Shown here one piece after another: positions 63,858 through 64,000 of a stretch of 64,000 nucleotides of DNA. A program made the translations under genes and the position numbers. Within the stretch, counting starts at the first letter, position 1. Each line of letters begins with the position of its first letter. The notes under the pieces are model-generated. The model worked only from the letters and a program-made list of their open reading frames with translations, searched no databases and was not told where the DNA came from. The DNA lies in IMG/VR virus record IMGVR_UViG_3300035034_000461, positions 1-64,000 of that record; one strand, given 5' to 3'. The stretch comes from a virus.

Positions 63858-64000
63858 TTTATATCGTATGTGTATGTATATTTTCCTTTAGTTTTCATAT
63901 AAAAAGCTTCACCTGATTCTAAGGCATCTTTAACTCTCTTAGCGAACGGCTTTAGAACTCCTTTATATTTCGTTCTTATGGTTTTGTCGTGATATGTTCT

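Overview
AT-rich segment of a large dsDNA (T4-like/jumbo) bacteriophage genome. A PEP-CTERM protein hints at a Verrucomicrobia-like host, which is inference. Bases 1-9 kb carry late/structural-type genes behind TAAATA late-promoter-like motifs. From 10 to 56 kb runs an almost unbroken plus-strand accessory region. About 70 copies (counted by eye) of a 24-bp element, TAAAAACTA(G/C)RN-TANNNT-N6-ATG, precede genes from 1.8 to 55.9 kb and look like a stop codon, a promoter and a leaderless start in one unit. The same strand holds 22 ORFs of one gene family (MKTIAQQL... head, variable number of 21-aa repeats, HTH-like tail), 14 of them in 42.4-48.9 kb. Also present: a beta-class DNA methyltransferase split exactly at DPP|Y by a promoter+HNH+duplicate-N-terminus cassette, an M.EcoRV-like methylase, two CAT-anticodon tRNAs (one next to tilS), RNA/tRNA repair enzymes (Rnl1, kinase, Pth2, CCA-adding enzyme, 2H phosphoesterases), a candidate ~160-nt ncRNA, and a G-rich/TA-rich repeat tract at the 56.1-56.6 kb strand switch. 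All calls come from reading motifs; no searches were run.
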